In this document: one piece after another, positions 63,243 through 64,000 of the stretch
Layout: each line of letters begins with the position of its first letter
Numbering within the stretch: position 1 is the first letter of the stretch
Assembly (NCBI GenBank): GCA_977017645.1
Contig: OZ360225.1
Span: 170,004,001-170,068,000, forward strand
From: Torpedo marmorata
Taxonomy: Eukaryota
Direction: 5' to 3'
DNA: 64,000 nucleotides
Notes under the pieces: model-generated
What the model was told of the DNA's origin: nothing
Seen by the model: the letters and a program-made list of their open reading frames with translations, nothing else
The model's database searches: none
Program-made: the position numbers and the translations under genes

Positions 63243-63880
63243 GTTCAAAGGATCAAAGGTTCCTTTTATTGTCACATAATAATACTTTAAAATGTAATGT
63301 ACATGATATATTTTAACTTTTGTCTGTCATAAGGCAAACAAAGAGTCACCATGAGCATTGTCCAGTGCCTCTAACAATAGGAGAAAGATAAGCAAAAGAG
63401 AGTCCCTTCAGAGTCACTGAGTGTCCATGGATTCGCCTCCAGTGCTCGCTCTGCGTCTGTAGCCGCACAGACTCCAGTTCAAACCATCGGCAAACTGAGC
63501 TCTAGATCCAAACCTCTGATATGATCAGGAACCCTTCAGCACCCGAGGCCTTTCGGGAGCCCTTCTTGCCTTCAGCACCCTCTCGAATCCCGGTTCCGAT
63601 ACCTGGTTCCCATGAGCCAGTCCCCAGCAGCCCACAGCCGCTGTAAGCCCTTTGACTGCAAATCGCCAACAGCCCGCAGCCTGTGTGGGTCTGTCAGCCA
63701 CTGAGCCCTCGTCGGTCCGCTGCCAAGGCTCCTAAGCTTCTCCTTCTAAAAGGGGCGTGTTCATCCTGTTTCTGGTGCCCTCAGTGGATCCACTGCTCCC
63801 CCAGATTCTGCAACCCCTCGTGGTGTGCTGCCCAGCATAGGCGCCGTTATCTTGGGCACAGACCATGAGGTTGCAGGATT
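63243..63880 (-). mobile_element. Diverged subfamily of the GC-rich retroposon with a ggaaccttt-type tail
   Basis: Shares accaggtatcggaaccggga, tggaggcgaatc, ggacactcagtgactctg; tail gtgacaataaaaggaacctttgatcctttgaacc. Confidence 0.8.
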
Positions 63881-64000
63881 TTAAAAAAAGCACTGTTGAC
63901 TGCAGCATGTAAGAATTTTGGTACATTATGAATCATTATTCATTAGATCCTATTACTCTCAATCCTCAATTTTTAAATTTTTTATTTATTTTAGACATAC

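Overview
This is eukaryotic vertebrate DNA, most likely from a cartilaginous fish; this is inferred from the HE1-like V-SINEs and the CR1, Rex1/Babar, Tx1 and Penelope families. No intact host protein-coding gene can be supported. The first ~15 kb is relatively TE-poor and holds a CpG-rich candidate promoter and non-coding first exon on the minus strand (~10.8-11.3 kb). From ~15 to 60 kb the window is a dense, nested transposon field. It contains Rex1/Babar, CR1, Tx1 and L1 LINEs (one full-length L1 with a TSD), Penelope-like elements with minimal hammerhead ribozymes, three Gypsy-type LTR elements (one with the Gmr1-type IN-before-RT order), a solo LTR, V-SINEs, a 5S-derived SINE and several MITEs. 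Four observations stand out. (1) A Gypsy element lacks a tRNA-type PBS; its PBS position is perfectly complementary to 12 nt of its own LTR (possible self-priming), and it carries an open in-frame Gag-integrase fusion. (2) A multi-copy ~850-bp GC-rich, structured, non-coding retroposon has no Pol III head and borrows Rex1-like tails; one tail type is shared with the 5S SINE. (3) Hammerhead-bearing palindromic Penelope derivatives recur. (4) A Rex1 copy is fused into L1 exactly at the homologous RT motif. All family names come from motif recognition only, without database searches, and coordinates of decayed elements are approximate.
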